64,000 nt of DNA, taken from positions 51,279 to 115,278 of the forward strand of contig CBDBZY010000038.1 of NCBI GenBank assembly GCA_965213685.1, given 5' to 3'. Positions 52,576-63,023 of the stretch are shown here, one piece after another. How positions within the stretch are numbered: the first letter of the stretch is position 1; each line of letters begins with the position of its first letter. Made by a program: the position numbers and the translations under genes. Under the pieces are notes generated by a model. The model made no database searches. It was not told the origin of the DNA and saw only the letters and a list, made by a program, of their open reading frames with translations. This stretch comes from a bacterium. Its GTDB lineage: Bacteria > UBA8248.

Positions 52576-53917
52576 TTATGATGGATCTCCTCCCGCCCCG
52601 CCAGCGCGCGCCTCGCCCAGGAGGCCCCCGGCCCGCAGACGCAGCGCCCGCGCGTGGGCGGGCAGGCCCTCGAGTTCGGCCAGTCGCGCCGCCGGTTCTG
52701 CCAGCCGCGCGGCAGCGGAGGAGTCAAAACGCACGTGGCTCGTCCATTTGATGAAGTCATACACGCCCAGCGGCGAGGCGAAGCGCGCGGCACCGCCGGT
52801 GGGAAGCACGTGGTTCGGGCCGGCGACGTAGTCCCCAAGCGCCGCCGGGCTCCATGGCCCGCAAAATACGGCGCCCGCGCGGCGAATCCCCTCGGCCGCC
52901 TGCTCCGCGCGCTCCAGCAGTATCTCCAGGTGCTCGGGCGCCAGCGCCTCGGCCACCTCCAGTGCCTGCGCGCGCGAGGCCACCTCGATGATGGCGCCCC
53001 GGCTCTCCAGCGCCCGGGACACCTCACCGCTCCGCTCGGCGAGGCGCAACTGCCGCGCCACCTCGCCGTCGAGGGCGTCCGCCACGCTCCTTCCCACGCA
53101 AACGCCCACCGCCATGGCGCGCGCGTCGTGCTCCGCCTGGGCGAGGAGGTCCGCCGCCGCCCACTCGGCCAGGTCCGCATCGTCCAAAAGCACGACCACC
53201 TCGCTCGGCCCCGCCTCCTTGTCGATTTCCACGTCCGCGCGCACGAGGCGCTTGGCGGCCGCGACATACACGTTTCCGGGCCCCGCTATCTTGTCCACCC
53301 GGGGAACGCTGCGGGTGCCGTAGGCCATGGCGGCGATGGCCTGCGCGCCGCCGACGCGCACGATGCGATCGGCGCCCACCAGGGAGGCCGCCGCCAGCAC
53401 GGCGGCGGGCACCGCGCCGCGCGCATCCGGCGGCGTGCACAGAACGAGCTCCCCCACGCCCGCCACCCGGGCGGGAATCGCGTTCATCAGCACGGTGGAG
53501 GGATACGCCGCCGTCCCCCCGGGCGCGTAGAGGCCCACGCGCGCAAGCGGGGTCGGGCGGAGGGAGAGCCGCTCTCCGGGGGCCTCCTCCATCGTGACGC
53601 TCCGGGGAGCCTGCGCCTGATGGAACGCGCGTATCCGCCCCTCGGCGAGCCGGAGGGCGTCCAGCGCCTCCGGGGGCAACGCCTCGAGCGCCCGCGCCAC
53701 TTCCTCCCTCCCCGACGATGAGGGCAGCACCCTCCAGCGAGGCGCCGTCAAACTCCCGCGTCAGGTCGACCAGGGCGTCGTCCCCGCCCGCGCGCACGCG
53801 CTCGAGGATGGCGCCGACGCCGGCCTCCACATCAGGGGAGAGCGCACCATCCCCGCCCCGGGACAACCTCTCGACCTGGGCGGCAAAATCCGCTCGCCCA
53901 TACTCCAGGCGCCTCAC
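52576..53917 (-). CDS. hisD: Histidinol dehydrogenase (frameshift near 53725)
   Basis: [46 protein letters not shown]. Confidence 0.95.
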
Positions 53918-54606
53918 GGCGTCGGGCCGTTTCGGGAGACGCTCCCCGCCCCGGGGGGTATCCCCTTCCGAATCCGCTCGATCAGCCCGCTCATCCTCTC
54001 GTGGTTCGTCTTCCAGCTCGCCCGGTTGGCGATGAGCCTGGCGGTCGCGCTGAATATCTCGCGAATCGGGACCAACCCGTTCGCCCGAAGCGTTCCGCCG
54101 GTGTCCACCAGATCCACGATCAGGTCGGCCACCCCCATCGCGGGGGCGATCTCCACGTTGCCGTAGAGGCGGACGATCCGGGCCTGAACCCCCGCCCGCT
54201 CAAAAAACCGGGCGGTGATCGCCGGAAATTTCGTCGCCACGCGGAGGGAGATTCGCCCGGTCAGGTCTTCCCACGCGACGCCCTCGGGCGCCGCCACCAT
54301 GAGACGGCACGGCGCCATGTTCATGTCCAGGGGCTCGTAGACGTCCCTGTCCTGCTCGAGCAGCACGTCACGGCCGATGATTCCCAAATCGGCGGCGCCG
54401 CGCTCCACGTAGATGGGCACGTCATGGTTCCTCAAAATCAGAACCTTGACGCCCGTCTCCCCGTCCTGGAGGATCAACTTTCGCGAAGCGTCCGATATCG
54501 GCTTCGACAGGACGCCCGCTCTCAGCAGACACGCGGTCGCCTCCCCGAAAATCCTCCCCTTGGGCAGGGCGATCTTCAGCTCTTCCGCCCGGTTCTCTTT
54601 CATCAT
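53914..54606 (-). CDS. hisG: ATP phosphoribosyltransferase, short form
   Basis: IALPKGR, DVPIYVE.G..DLG, VATKF, G.VE.AP, DLVDTG.TL; 230 aa, no regulatory domain. Confidence 0.95.
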   Translation of the reverse strand: MMKENRAEELKIALPKGRIFGEATACLLRAGVLSKPISDASRKLILQDGETGVKVLILRNHDVPIYVERGAADLGIIGRDVLLEQDRDVYEPLDMNMAPCRLMVAAPEGVAWEDLTGRISLRVATKFPAITARFFERAGVQARIVRLYGNVEIAPAMGVADLIVDLVDTGGTLRANGLVPIREIFSATARLIANRASWKTNHERMSGLIERIRKGIPPGAGSVSRNGPTP

Positions 54607-55862
54607 GACTCCACTTCGCGCTCGATGTCCGCGCCAAGACTCCGCAGCTTCTCCTCCAGGCGCTGATACCCCCTGTCGATGTGATACACGTTGCGGACGA
54701 TGGTCTCCCCATGCGCCGCCAGGCCGGCCAGCACCAGCGACGCGCTCGCCCGGAGGTCGGTCGCCATCACCGAGGCGCCGGCGAGACGCTCCACCCCCTC
54801 GATATGGGCCGTTCGGCCATCCAGGTGAATCCGCGCGTTCATCCGGGCGAGCTCGGCGGCGTGCATGAACCGGTTCTCGAAGACGGTCTCCGTCATCATG
54901 CAGGTCCCCTGCGCCAGCGTCATCAACGCCATGAACTGCGCCTGCAAGTCCGTGGGAAACCCCGGATAGGGGGCCGTCTTGACGCTCACGGGCAATATGG
55001 CGCCCGCACCCCGCACGCGAATCGCGCCTTCCGCCTCCGACACTTCCAGGCCGGCCTCACGGAGCTTGTGGGAGAGTGCCCGCACCTGCTTCGCCGCGCC
55101 ATTTCTTATCCGCACGTCGCCCGCGTGATGGCCGCTGCGATCATCAGCGTTCCCGTCTCGATGCGGTCCGGGGGCACGGCCACGTCATATCCCCGGAGCG
55201 ATTCCACCCCCTCGATCTCCAGCACGGGCGTGCCCGCACCGCTCACCCGCGCGCCCATGCCGTTCAGCAGGTTCGCGAGCACCGACACCTCCGGCTCCAG
55301 TGCCGCGTTCTCCAGAACGGTGGCGCCCCGCGCCAGGGTGGCCGCCATCATCAGATTTTTCGTCCCCGTCACCGTCGTCAGGTCAAACGATATTCTCGCC
55401 CCCTTGAGCCTTCGGGCGCTGGCGTGAATATACCCGCCCTCTATGCGGATGTCCGCCCCCATGGCGCGCAGCCCCTTGAGATGCTGGTCGATGGGACGCG
55501 CCCCGATGGCGCAGCCGCCCGGCAGAGACACGCGCGCCAGGCCGAAGCGCGCCAGCAACGGCCCCAGCACGAGGACGGAGGCCCGCATCGCCTCCACGAG
55601 ATGGTAGGGCGCGAGGCCGCCGGTGATATGCGAGGCGTCCAGGGAAATCCGGCCGGGCGCCTCCTCCCGCACCCGGACGCCGAACCCCCTCCAGAAGCCG
55701 CAACATGGTGTTCGTGTCCAGCAGGCGCGGAACCCTCCGCGCGCAACTGACCCCGTCCGCCAGGAGGGAGGCGGCCAGAATCGGCAAGGAAGCATTTTTC
55801 GAGCCGGACGCTTCTGTTTCCCCGTGAAGCGGCCCGCCCCCCCGAATCCGCAGCCGTTCCAA
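54603..55862 (-). CDS. murA: UDP-GlcNAc enolpyruvyl transferase (frameshifts near 55690 and 55125)
   Basis: [33 protein letters not shown] (Cys115 present), [22 protein letters not shown]. Confidence 0.95.
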
Positions 55863-55865
55863 GCC

Positions 55866-56756
55866 CTACGCCCTCCGAAGCTCCAGCACCCTGTCGCGCC
55901 CGGCCAGGTCCGGATGGGGCTTCGCCTCGGAATACTTTCCGCATCTCTCGGAAAGCTCCCTGGACTCCGCCATTTGGCCCGGGTCCATCTCCAGCAGCAG
56001 AAAACCCCCGCGCCCCAGACGCGAAGGCGCCTGCGCAATGATGCGCCGGATGCAGGCCATGCCGTCGGCGCCGCCGTCCAGTGCGAGCCGAGGCTCGTGG
56101 GCCGACACCTCCGGCATGAGGCCGTCCGCCTCTTTCGACCCCACGTAGGGCGGATTCGACGCGATCAGGTCGAACGTTTCGCCCTCGACGATGGCGCTGA
56201 GCAGATCAGACGCCAGAAAAGCGGTGCGGCCCTCCAGCCCGAACCTGCGCGCGTTTCGCTTCGCCATCCGCAACGCCCTCGGGCAAACATCCGCCAAGGT
56301 GACGCTGGCCCCCGGCAATTCGCGACCGATGGCCAGCCCCACCGCGCCGCTGCCGGCCCCGAGGTCCAGGACGCCGGGCGCCCGCCTTCCTCCCAACAAC
56401 GCCACGGCGCGCTCCACGAGCAGCTCCGACTCCGGCCTGGGGATCAGCACGTCGGGCGAAACCAGAAAGGGCATGGACCAGAACTCCCGCTCGCCCATGA
56501 TGTAGGCCATGGGTTCGCGACGGATTCTCCGGAGCGCCAGGGCCTCCGTCCGCCGGAGCGCATCGGCCGGCACCGCTCTTTCGGGATGGGCGTGGAGGCG
56601 CGCGCCATCGCAACCGAGGACGGCGGCCAGGATGAGGCGCGCGTCGCGCCCGGGCGCATCCACTCCAGCCTGGGCGAATTGCGCCCGCAGGCGGGAGACG
56701 AGAGCCGCCACCGTCGTCTCCGATTCCCCCTCTGCTGGGAAACGGGAGGCGCTCAT
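55866..56756 (-). CDS. prmC: Release factor glutamine methyltransferase
   Basis: [28 protein letters not shown]. Confidence 0.95.
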   Translation of the reverse strand: MSASRFPAEGESETTVAALVSRLRAQFAQAGVDAPGRDARLILAAVLGCDGARLHAHPERAVPADALRRTEALALRRIRREPMAYIMGEREFWSMPFLVSPDVLIPRPESELLVERAVALLGGRRAPGVLDLGAGSGAVGLAIGRELPGASVTLADVCPRALRMAKRNARRFGLEGRTAFLASDLLSAIVEGETFDLIASNPPYVGSKEADGLMPEVSAHEPRLALDGGADGMACIRRIIAQAPSRLGRGGFLLLEMDPGQMAESRELSERCGKYSEAKPHPDLAGRDRVLELRRA

Positions 56757-57844
56757 TCCGCAGGGCGGGGCTCCGGGCCTTCTTCCAGCTCGGACAAGCG
56801 CTCCGCCTCCCGGCTTTCCACCACCCGTTTGACCATCTCATCAATTTCCCCCTCCATGAAGCCGGGAAGGCCATGCAGGGTGAGGCCGATGCGGTGGTCG
56901 GTGATCCTGTCCTGAGGGAAATTATAGGTCCGTATCCGTTCGCTCCTGTCGCCGCTGCCCACGAGGCTCTTCCTTTGCGCGGAGCGCTCGCGCATCTGCT
57001 TCTGGATTTCCATGTCCAGCAGATGGGCGGAGAGAATCTTCATGGCCTTGGCGCGGTTTTTGTGTTGGCTTTTCTCATCCTGGCAGGTGACGACGAGACC
57101 GGTGGGCACATGGGTGATGCGAACGGCGGAATCCGTCGTGTTGACGCTCTGGCCGCCTGGACCCGAGGAGCGGTAGACGTCGATTCGCAAGTCCTTCTCC
57201 CCGACGTCCAGCGCAATCTCGTCCGCCTCGGGCAACACGGCCACGGTGGCGGCGGAGGTGTGGATTCTCCCCTGCGTCTCCGTGACGGGCACCCGCTGGA
57301 CGCGATGCGTTCCGCTCTCGTACCGCAGGCGGCTGTAGGCGCCCGCGCCCCGGATCAGCGCCGACACCTCCTTCAGGCCGCCGAGGTCGCTCTCGCTCTT
57401 GCTCAACTCCTCCACCCGCCAGCCCTGGAGCTCGGAGTAGCGCAGGTACATGCGATACAAATCGGACGCGAAAAGCGCGGCCTCCGCACCGCCCGTGCCC
57501 GCGCGCACCTCGAGGATGACGTTTTTCTCATCGTTCGGATCTCTGGGCAGCAGAAGCTGGCGCAGCCTCTTCTCCACCTCCTCGCGCTTCGCCCCCGCAT
57601 CCTCGAGCTCCGCCCTGGCCAGCTCCGCCATCTCCGGGTCGGCGTCCTCGAGCAGGACGCGCGCCTCCTCGATGACGCTCCAGCATCCGCGCCATTCCCC
57701 GTAGGCCTGGACAACCTGGGAGAGCTCCTTGTGCTCGCGCGCGGTCTGCTCGAATTTCTTCCGATCCTTGAGCAGGGCGGGGTCCGACAGGCGCCTCTCC
57801 AGCATCCGGTGTTTTTCGATGATTTGTTCGATTTTTTCGAACAT
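56753..57844 (-). CDS. prfA: Peptide chain release factor 1
   Basis: [18 protein letters not shown] (PxT), GPGGQ, RTYNFPQ.R.TDHR. Confidence 0.97.
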   Translation of the reverse strand: MFEKIEQIIEKHRMLERRLSDPALLKDRKKFEQTAREHKELSQVVQAYGEWRGCWSVIEEARVLLEDADPEMAELARAELEDAGAKREEVEKRLRQLLLPRDPNDEKNVILEVRAGTGGAEAALFASDLYRMYLRYSELQGWRVEELSKSESDLGGLKEVSALIRGAGAYSRLRYESGTHRVQRVPVTETQGRIHTSAATVAVLPEADEIALDVGEKDLRIDVYRSSGPGGQSVNTTDSAVRITHVPTGLVVTCQDEKSQHKNRAKAMKILSAHLLDMEIQKQMRERSAQRKSLVGSGDRSERIRTYNFPQDRITDHRIGLTLHGLPGFMEGEIDEMVKRVVESREAERLSELEEGPEPRPAE

Positions 57845-57925
57845 GGGCGTCACCCGATGGGCGGCGGACGGAGTGGCCCGGGGCTACCGCGCGGCAGGCC
57901 GGGTTCAGGAAGCCTCCTGCTTCTC

Positions 57926-58270
57926 CTACCCCCCGCCCGATTCGGGCGCGGACAACGCCTCGGGCAAGACGCTTTCCGCGAAATCCGCCCCAGCCTCGGG
58001 AGATTCCGCCTTTTGCTCCTGGGCCGCTTTTAGGGCGGCGCGCTCCTCCGCCCTCTTCTTGCGGGCCTCCGCCTGCGCGCCTTCGCTTCCGCCTCCTTCT
58101 CGGCGGCCAGGCGCGCCTCCCTCTCCAGCTGCGCCGCGCGCTCAGCCTCCGCGCGGACCTGCTTTCTCTTGCGCTTGGAAACTCGCGCCTCCTTGCCCTC
58201 GAACTTCTTGATGAACTTCTCTACGCGGCCTTCCGTATCCACGATTCGCGCCTGCTTCCCGGTGAAAAAC
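57926..58270 (-). CDS. rpmE: 50S ribosomal protein L31, N-terminally truncated at the junction, with long charged C-terminal extension (one frameshift)
   Basis: FFTGKQARIVDTEGRVEKFIKKF is the L31 C-terminal core, upstream of prfA as expected. The N-terminal part (MK..IHP..CHP) is absent. Confidence 0.85.
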
Positions 58271-58837
58271 ATCACGTCGCGCGACCTGGCGGAGGCCATC
58301 GAGCGCCGAGGCATCGATGCCCTGCTGACCTCGACCGAGGAGCAGTACCCCGTCGCGGCCCGGATGGCCTGGACGATCGCGGGGCGCTGGCAAGAGCTCT
58401 CGATGTGGTTTCCGCTCCCCGAGCGAGTTCGCGTGCTGGCCCCGCTCGTTCCCTTGTATGACGACGGGCGCGGCGTGATCGGGTTCTACCGGGTGATGCT
58501 GTCCCGAATCGGACCGGACGGGAACGTGCTCGAGATCCACGACCGCCCTCTGGGGCTCGAGCTCGTTCGCGAGCTGCTCGAGGACGACGATCAGCGCAGG
58601 GCGCTGCGGGACGGATGGCGACTGGCCTCGGTGCAGCGCGCGACGGGAGTCTTTCCCGCCGGGGGCGGAGTGCTGCGCTCCCTGCCGACCGTGACGGTCG
58701 AGCTCGAGCGATCGACCGAGACGACGGGCGAGAAGCTGACGCTGTACGCGGCCTTCGAGCGACGGCAGGCGGGAGGCTTCAAGCCGTGGTGCGTCTCGGG
58801 CCTCGCCGTGGAAGGCCTGTCCAGCTGCCCCGAATGA
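58271..58837 (+). CDS. Hypothetical protein, 5'-truncated at the junction
   Basis: Open frame ITSRDLAEAIERRG...LSSCPE with G/C-rich third positions. Upstream of 58271 the frame is the antisense of rpmE. Confidence 0.6.
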   Translation: MTSRDLAEAIERRGIDALLTSTEEQYPVAARMAWTIAGRWQELSMWFPLPERVRVLAPLVPLYDDGRGVIGFYRVMLSRIGPDGNVLEIHDRPLGLELVRELLEDDDQRRALRDGWRLASVQRATGVFPAGGGVLRSLPTVTVELERSTETTGEKLTLYAAFERRQAGGFKPWCVSGLAVEGLSSCPE

Positions 58838-58896
58838 AGCTCGGGAAGCCGCCCCGGGCCTCGACGGCTGCGGGGCGGCCTGGGCCGGTCGCGGCT

Positions 58897-59634
58897 CTAG
58901 CTTCCGCTGGACTGCTGGAGGTAGACCTCCTCGTACGGCTGCACGACGACGAAGCCGTCCCCCTGGAACTGCATCTGGATCGACTCGCCGCTGCCTCGCC
59001 CGAAGAACGTCTTGAGCGAGACGTCCGCGCGGAACTCCGGCGTCAGCGAGCCCGACCAGGCGACGGTCGCGTTGGGATCGGTGATCACCGGGCGATCCCG
59101 GGTCACGCGCAGGGTGACCGGATCGTAGTGCGTCGTGATGGCGACCATGCCGCTGCCCTCGAGGGCGATGTTGAACAGCCCTCCGGCGAGCATCGCGGTG
59201 ACCTTGCGCATCATCTGGATGTCCCACTGGATCTGCTGCTCGAAGGCCAGGATGTCGTTGCCGTTGACGAAGATCTTGTCGCCGTTCAATCCGAGGATCG
59301 TGACCTTCTTGCCCGAGTCGGCGAGATACAGCCGCCCGGTCCCCTCGGCCTTGGTCAGCCGCGCGCCCTCGCCGGTGAAGGCCTTCTTGAGCATGCGGCC
59401 CATGCCGTGCTCCATCATGCCCTCTCGCGTGAACTTGATCGAGCCGTTGTAGGCGATCATCGATCCGAGCTTGGTCCAGACCAGGCTGTTGCCGAGTCGG
59501 ACCTCCAGCAGACGCTCGTTCTCGAGCTCGAAGAGTCCCTCGCTGCGGTCGCGCTGGGCGGTGCGGCGGACGAACTCGTCCAGCGAGAACCGGTTCGTGA
59601 CGTCGGGATTCGGCGGCTCCATCACACTGCTCAT
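58897..59634 (-). CDS. AIM24 (DUF124) family protein
   Basis: GSMIAYNG, KKAFTGEG, G.G.LYLAD, DPNATVAWS, GESIQM.F.G.GFVVVQP; GGAGG RBS. Confidence 0.9.
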   Translation of the reverse strand: MSSVMEPPNPDVTNRFSLDEFVRRTAQRDRSEGLFELENERLLEVRLGNSLVWTKLGSMIAYNGSIKFTREGMMEHGMGRMLKKAFTGEGARLTKAEGTGRLYLADSGKKVTILGLNGDKIFVNGNDILAFEQQIQWDIQMMRKVTAMLAGGLFNIALEGSGMVAITTHYDPVTLRVTRDRPVITDPNATVAWSGSLTPEFRADVSLKTFFGRGSGESIQMQFQGDGFVVVQPYEEVYLQQSSGS

Positions 59635-59802
59635 GATAGTCCCTCCGGGAGTCTCTGGATCACCACGCTTCCAGGAAAAACGTAGTGTCCCGCCCCCCCG
59701 GGTCCGCCATGCGGGCTCCGGCGGCCGGGGCGCGCGGCGAGAAAGGGCCGCACCGCCGGCTTTCCCCGGGGTCGCGCGACGAGGCGCGGGGCGGTCGGGA
59801 GC

Positions 59803-60684
59803 TCAGCGCTTGCCGAGCTTGTAGTAGAACCCGATGCCCGACAGGGAGGAGCGCGCGACGTTGTTTCCGCTGGCCGCGGTGTAGGTCGTGCCCTGGATGC
59901 CGAAGCCCTTGTAGATGTCGATCAGAATCTTCAGGCCGTAGGCCAGGAACTCCTGATCGTTGAGGTACAGGCCGGTCTCCAGGTTGGCCCGCGGGAGCTG
60001 GACGTCTCCATTGAGGAACGATTGCCGCCGGTCGGCCATCCCGACCAGCCACAGTCGACCGAAGAAGCGATAGCCACCCTCGAGACCGAGGGTCCAGTCG
60101 CTGCTGAAGTCTCCAGTGCGCAGTCCGAGCCCGGCGTAGCCGTAGACGTAGGCGTTCTTGAACCCCTTGCCGATTCCGGCGACCGGCGCGAAGGTGAACG
60201 CGTCGTACCCGGTGCTCAGGCCGGTCACCGGATCGAAGTCGCCAGTGGGCATCTCGATGTTGAACTGGGTCGACAGCACGAACTTGCCGTCGACGAACTT
60301 GCGCCGCGCCCCGACGACCGCGTTCCCGAGGCTGTCGAACGTGCCCGCCGCGATCGTCGTCGGCGTCAGGGTCGGGTCAGGAACCGGGTCGCCGGTCTCC
60401 GTCAGCTTGTAGGGCAGGACGGCGACGACGGTCCAGCGATCGGTCACCCCGTACTCACCGTAGGCCTCGAAGGTGTTGTCGGTGACCTCGCGGTTGAGGA
60501 CGAACTCCGGTCCCGAGCGCTGATACAGGCGCTCGTAGGGACCGATCCCGTAGCCGGAGAGCTGGAAGAACCCGCCTCCCTTCTGCTGCGTCCAGGGGCT
60601 GCGGGCGTCCACGTCGGTGGCCGCCAACAGTGCGAGGACCGCCAGTGTCAGCAACCGGATCGTGCCGTTCGCGTGCTTACTCAA
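59803..60684 (-). CDS. Probable outer-membrane beta-barrel protein
   Basis: Signal peptide, alternating amphipathic strands (YGEYGVTDRWTV, YVYGYAGLG, LGLEGGYRF), aromatic last strand GIGFYYKL. Confidence 0.7.
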   Translation of the reverse strand: MSKHANGTIRLLTLAVLALLAATDVDARSPWTQQKGGGFFQLSGYGIGPYERLYQRSGPEFVLNREVTDNTFEAYGEYGVTDRWTVVAVLPYKLTETGDPVPDPTLTPTTIAAGTFDSLGNAVVGARRKFVDGKFVLSTQFNIEMPTGDFDPVTGLSTGYDAFTFAPVAGIGKGFKNAYVYGYAGLGLRTGDFSSDWTLGLEGGYRFFGRLWLVGMADRRQSFLNGDVQLPRANLETGLYLNDQEFLAYGLKILIDIYKGFGIQGTTYTAASGNNVARSSLSGIGFYYKLGKR

Positions 60685-60828
60685 GGGATCCCCTTCCTTC
60701 GCTGGCTACGTGTAGCCCTGGCGGTCGCCACGATCTCCCTGTCCCGCAGGGTAGCCCCGGGCGCAAAGGGAAACAACACCCGGAGGGCCGCCGGAATTCG
60801 CCCTGTCCCGAGGAGCTGCCAGGCGAGC

Positions 60829-62895
60829 TCAGAAGCAGGCGTCGATGGCCTGCTCCTGACACGCCGTCTCGGCCGGGGTACGCTCCGACCCGTCGCTCGC
60901 ACGACCGTAGGAGCCCTCGGCGTCGCCGCCGGTCGGTACGACGAGATAGAACCGGTCGCCGGTCGAAGGAGTCAGCGTGGCCGAGGTCGCTCCGCCGGTC
61001 GAGCACAGCCGCGACGTCTTGTCGGCGAAGCTCCCGATCTCTCCCTCGTAGACGGCATAGTCCGTCGTGCCACCGCAGGCCGCGGTCCAGTCGAGCGTGA
61101 TGTCGGCTCCGCTGCGGTCGAGCACCAGCGCGGACCGGGGATGCCCGATCCGTTGGGCACGCTGCCGGGGGCGGGTCCACCCGGAACGATCCCGGCGGCG
61201 TAGACGTCGACCGAATCTCCCGAGCCCCCCGTCTCGTTGCGGTTGTCGGTGAAGATGGCGATCAGGTCGTTCATCACGATGTCCATCCCGCTGTAGTCGC
61301 CGAACTCGAAACCGTCGTTGATGTTCGGGGACAGCTCGGTCGTGATGCGCTCGGGACTGCTCCAGGTGACGGCGCCATCGCGAGAGAACGAGTAGTACAG
61401 ATCCGCCGCGCTGCGCCCGCTGGAGTTTCGCGTGTCGTAGTAGATGACGTGCACGATCCCCGTCTTCGCCGACCGCGATGAACGGCTGCCAGCGATCGAC
61501 CGAGAGCTGGTCGGCCGTCTCGTGAGGCGTCGAGATCGACCACGAGCTTCCGCCATCGCGCGAGTAGGCGACCTGGACTCGGGCGTGGTTGTTGGACGGG
61601 TTGCTCGAATCGGGCCCGGTGTTGTCGGTCCAGACCAGGTAGACGCTGTCGGCGAACGGGCCGTCGGTCAGATCCACGTCGGCGGCGATGTAGACCGCGA
61701 CCTCACGACTGTCCACGGCCGGAATCGGAAAGGAGAAGGCGGAGTTGGTCGAGGCAACGACCGAGATGGGCCCGAAGGATGCGCCGCCGTCCGTGGAGAT
61801 CCCGAGACGGATCGTCCGGCTGAAGAAGGCGGGCCAGGCGTAGTACAGCCGGCCCGAACGGTCGGTGGCGATGTCACCGGCAATGCCGCGGTTCGCGTTG
61901 TTCCCGGAGAAGACGAAGGTCGACCAGGTGTTGCCGAAGTCGTTCGAGCGCCCGAGTCGCATCACGTTGCTCTGGTGCCACATCAGGTAGACGTTGTCCT
62001 GGAACGGCGAGGTCGGCGACTGGTCCACGTGCATGAACTCACGGTCGGCGGACGTGGTGACCTCGCGCCTCGCGTCGCCCGGGGTGTCGCTCTCGAAGCT
62101 CGTCCAGGTCCACCCCCTCGTTGTCGGAGCGGTAGACCCAGAGCTGGCAGAAGGGGCGCATCCGCCGAGTGTGGCCGTGTAGGCGAACTGCCCGTCGGAC
62201 GACCACTCGACGGTCGGGTCGCAGCAGGTGCCTCCGCCCGGCAGGGGCGCCTGCTTCCAGGTCTTCCCGCCGTCCTGTGAGTAGTGCATGCGCTGACCGC
62301 CGAGGGGCCCGTTGCTTCCGGCGACGACCTTGGTCGTATCGACCGGGCTGATCGCGATCGCCGACTCGGCGGCGCCGTTGGGCGTCGTCACGCGGGCCTC
62401 GCCCTCGAGGAAGTCGCCCGCCCCGGCCGTCTCCGCAGCCGGCGGGCTCGCTTCGATCACGCTGTCCATGCGGACGAAGAAGCGGTCGTCCTGTCGCACC
62501 GCCTTGCGGTAGTAGCTGCCACCCAGGTAGTAGCCGCCCCAGTTCTGCCGGAAGACGTTGAGCGCGCTGAGCGGGTAGCGATCGAAGCTCGGGAATCCGC
62601 GCTTGCCGGCCTCGCGGCGCAGGTACACGCGGAAGAAGGCAGGGATCGGGGTGCGCAGCTCGCGCTCGTTCTCTCCGAGCAGCGCCAGGTCCTCGCGGGT
62701 GAGCTCGTAGTTCCGGTCGTCCAGGGGCCGATCCGGACCAGCGCCAGGTAGTCCACGTCGTCGTCGACCCCCGCGATCGGGTGAGATCTCGATCTTCCGA
62801 TCGGTGTCGGCGTAGGCCTTCTCTCCCGCCGCCTCGACGGTGGACAGACCCGGAAAAACAAGCAAAACCAGAATCGACAGGACACGAACGCGCAT
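60829..62895 (-). CDS. Secreted BNR/Asp-box (sialidase-fold beta-propeller) protein with N-terminal and C-terminal accessory domains (compensating frameshifts)
   Basis: Signal peptide; Asp-boxes SQDGGKTW, SNDFGNTW, STDGGASF, SRDGGSSW, SRDGAVTW; GDY motif; C-terminal Cys-containing module. Confidence 0.82.
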   Translation of the reverse strand: MRVRVLSILVLLVFPGLSTVEAAGEKAYADTDRKIEISPDRGGRRRRGLPGAGPDRPLDDRNYELTREDLALLGENERELRTPIPAFFRVYLRREAGKRGFPSFDRYPLSALNVFRQNWGGYYLGGSYYRKAVRQDDRFFVRMDSVIEASPPAAETAGAGDFLEGEARVTTPNGAAESAIAISPVDTTKVVAGSNGPLGGQRMHYSQDGGKTWKQAPLPGGGTCCDPTVEWSSDGQFAYTATLGGCAPSASSGSTAPTTRGWTWTSFESDTPGDARREVTTSADREFMHVDQSPTSPFQDNVYLMWHQSNVMRLGRSNDFGNTWSTFVFSGNNANRGIAGDIATDRSGRLYYAWPAFFSRTIRLGISTDGGASFGPISVVASTNSAFSFPIPAVDSREVAVYIAADVDLTDGPFADSVYLVWTDNTGPDSSNPSNNHARVQVAYSRDGGSSWSISTPHETADQLSVDRWQPFIAVGEDGDRARHLLRHAKLQRAQRGGSVLLVLSRWRRHLEQSRAHHDRAVPEHQRRFRVRRLQRDGHRDERPDRHLHRQPQRDGGLGRFGRRLRRRDRSGWTRPRQRAQRIGHPRSALVLDRSGADITLDWTAACGGTTDYAVYEGEIGSFADKTSRLCSTGGATSATLTPSTGDRFYLVVPTGGDAEGSYGRASDGSERTPAETACQEQAIDACF

Positions 62896-63023
62896 GGAGC
62901 CCCCCGGTCGCCAGAAATGGCGAGAAAGGGAAACCGTCGGCCGCCCCGGCTAATTCCCTCGCTCCCCGAGATTCGAGGCCGGGAACGCTCTCGCGGTCGG
63001 GCTGGCCTAGACTGGCGGGCCCG

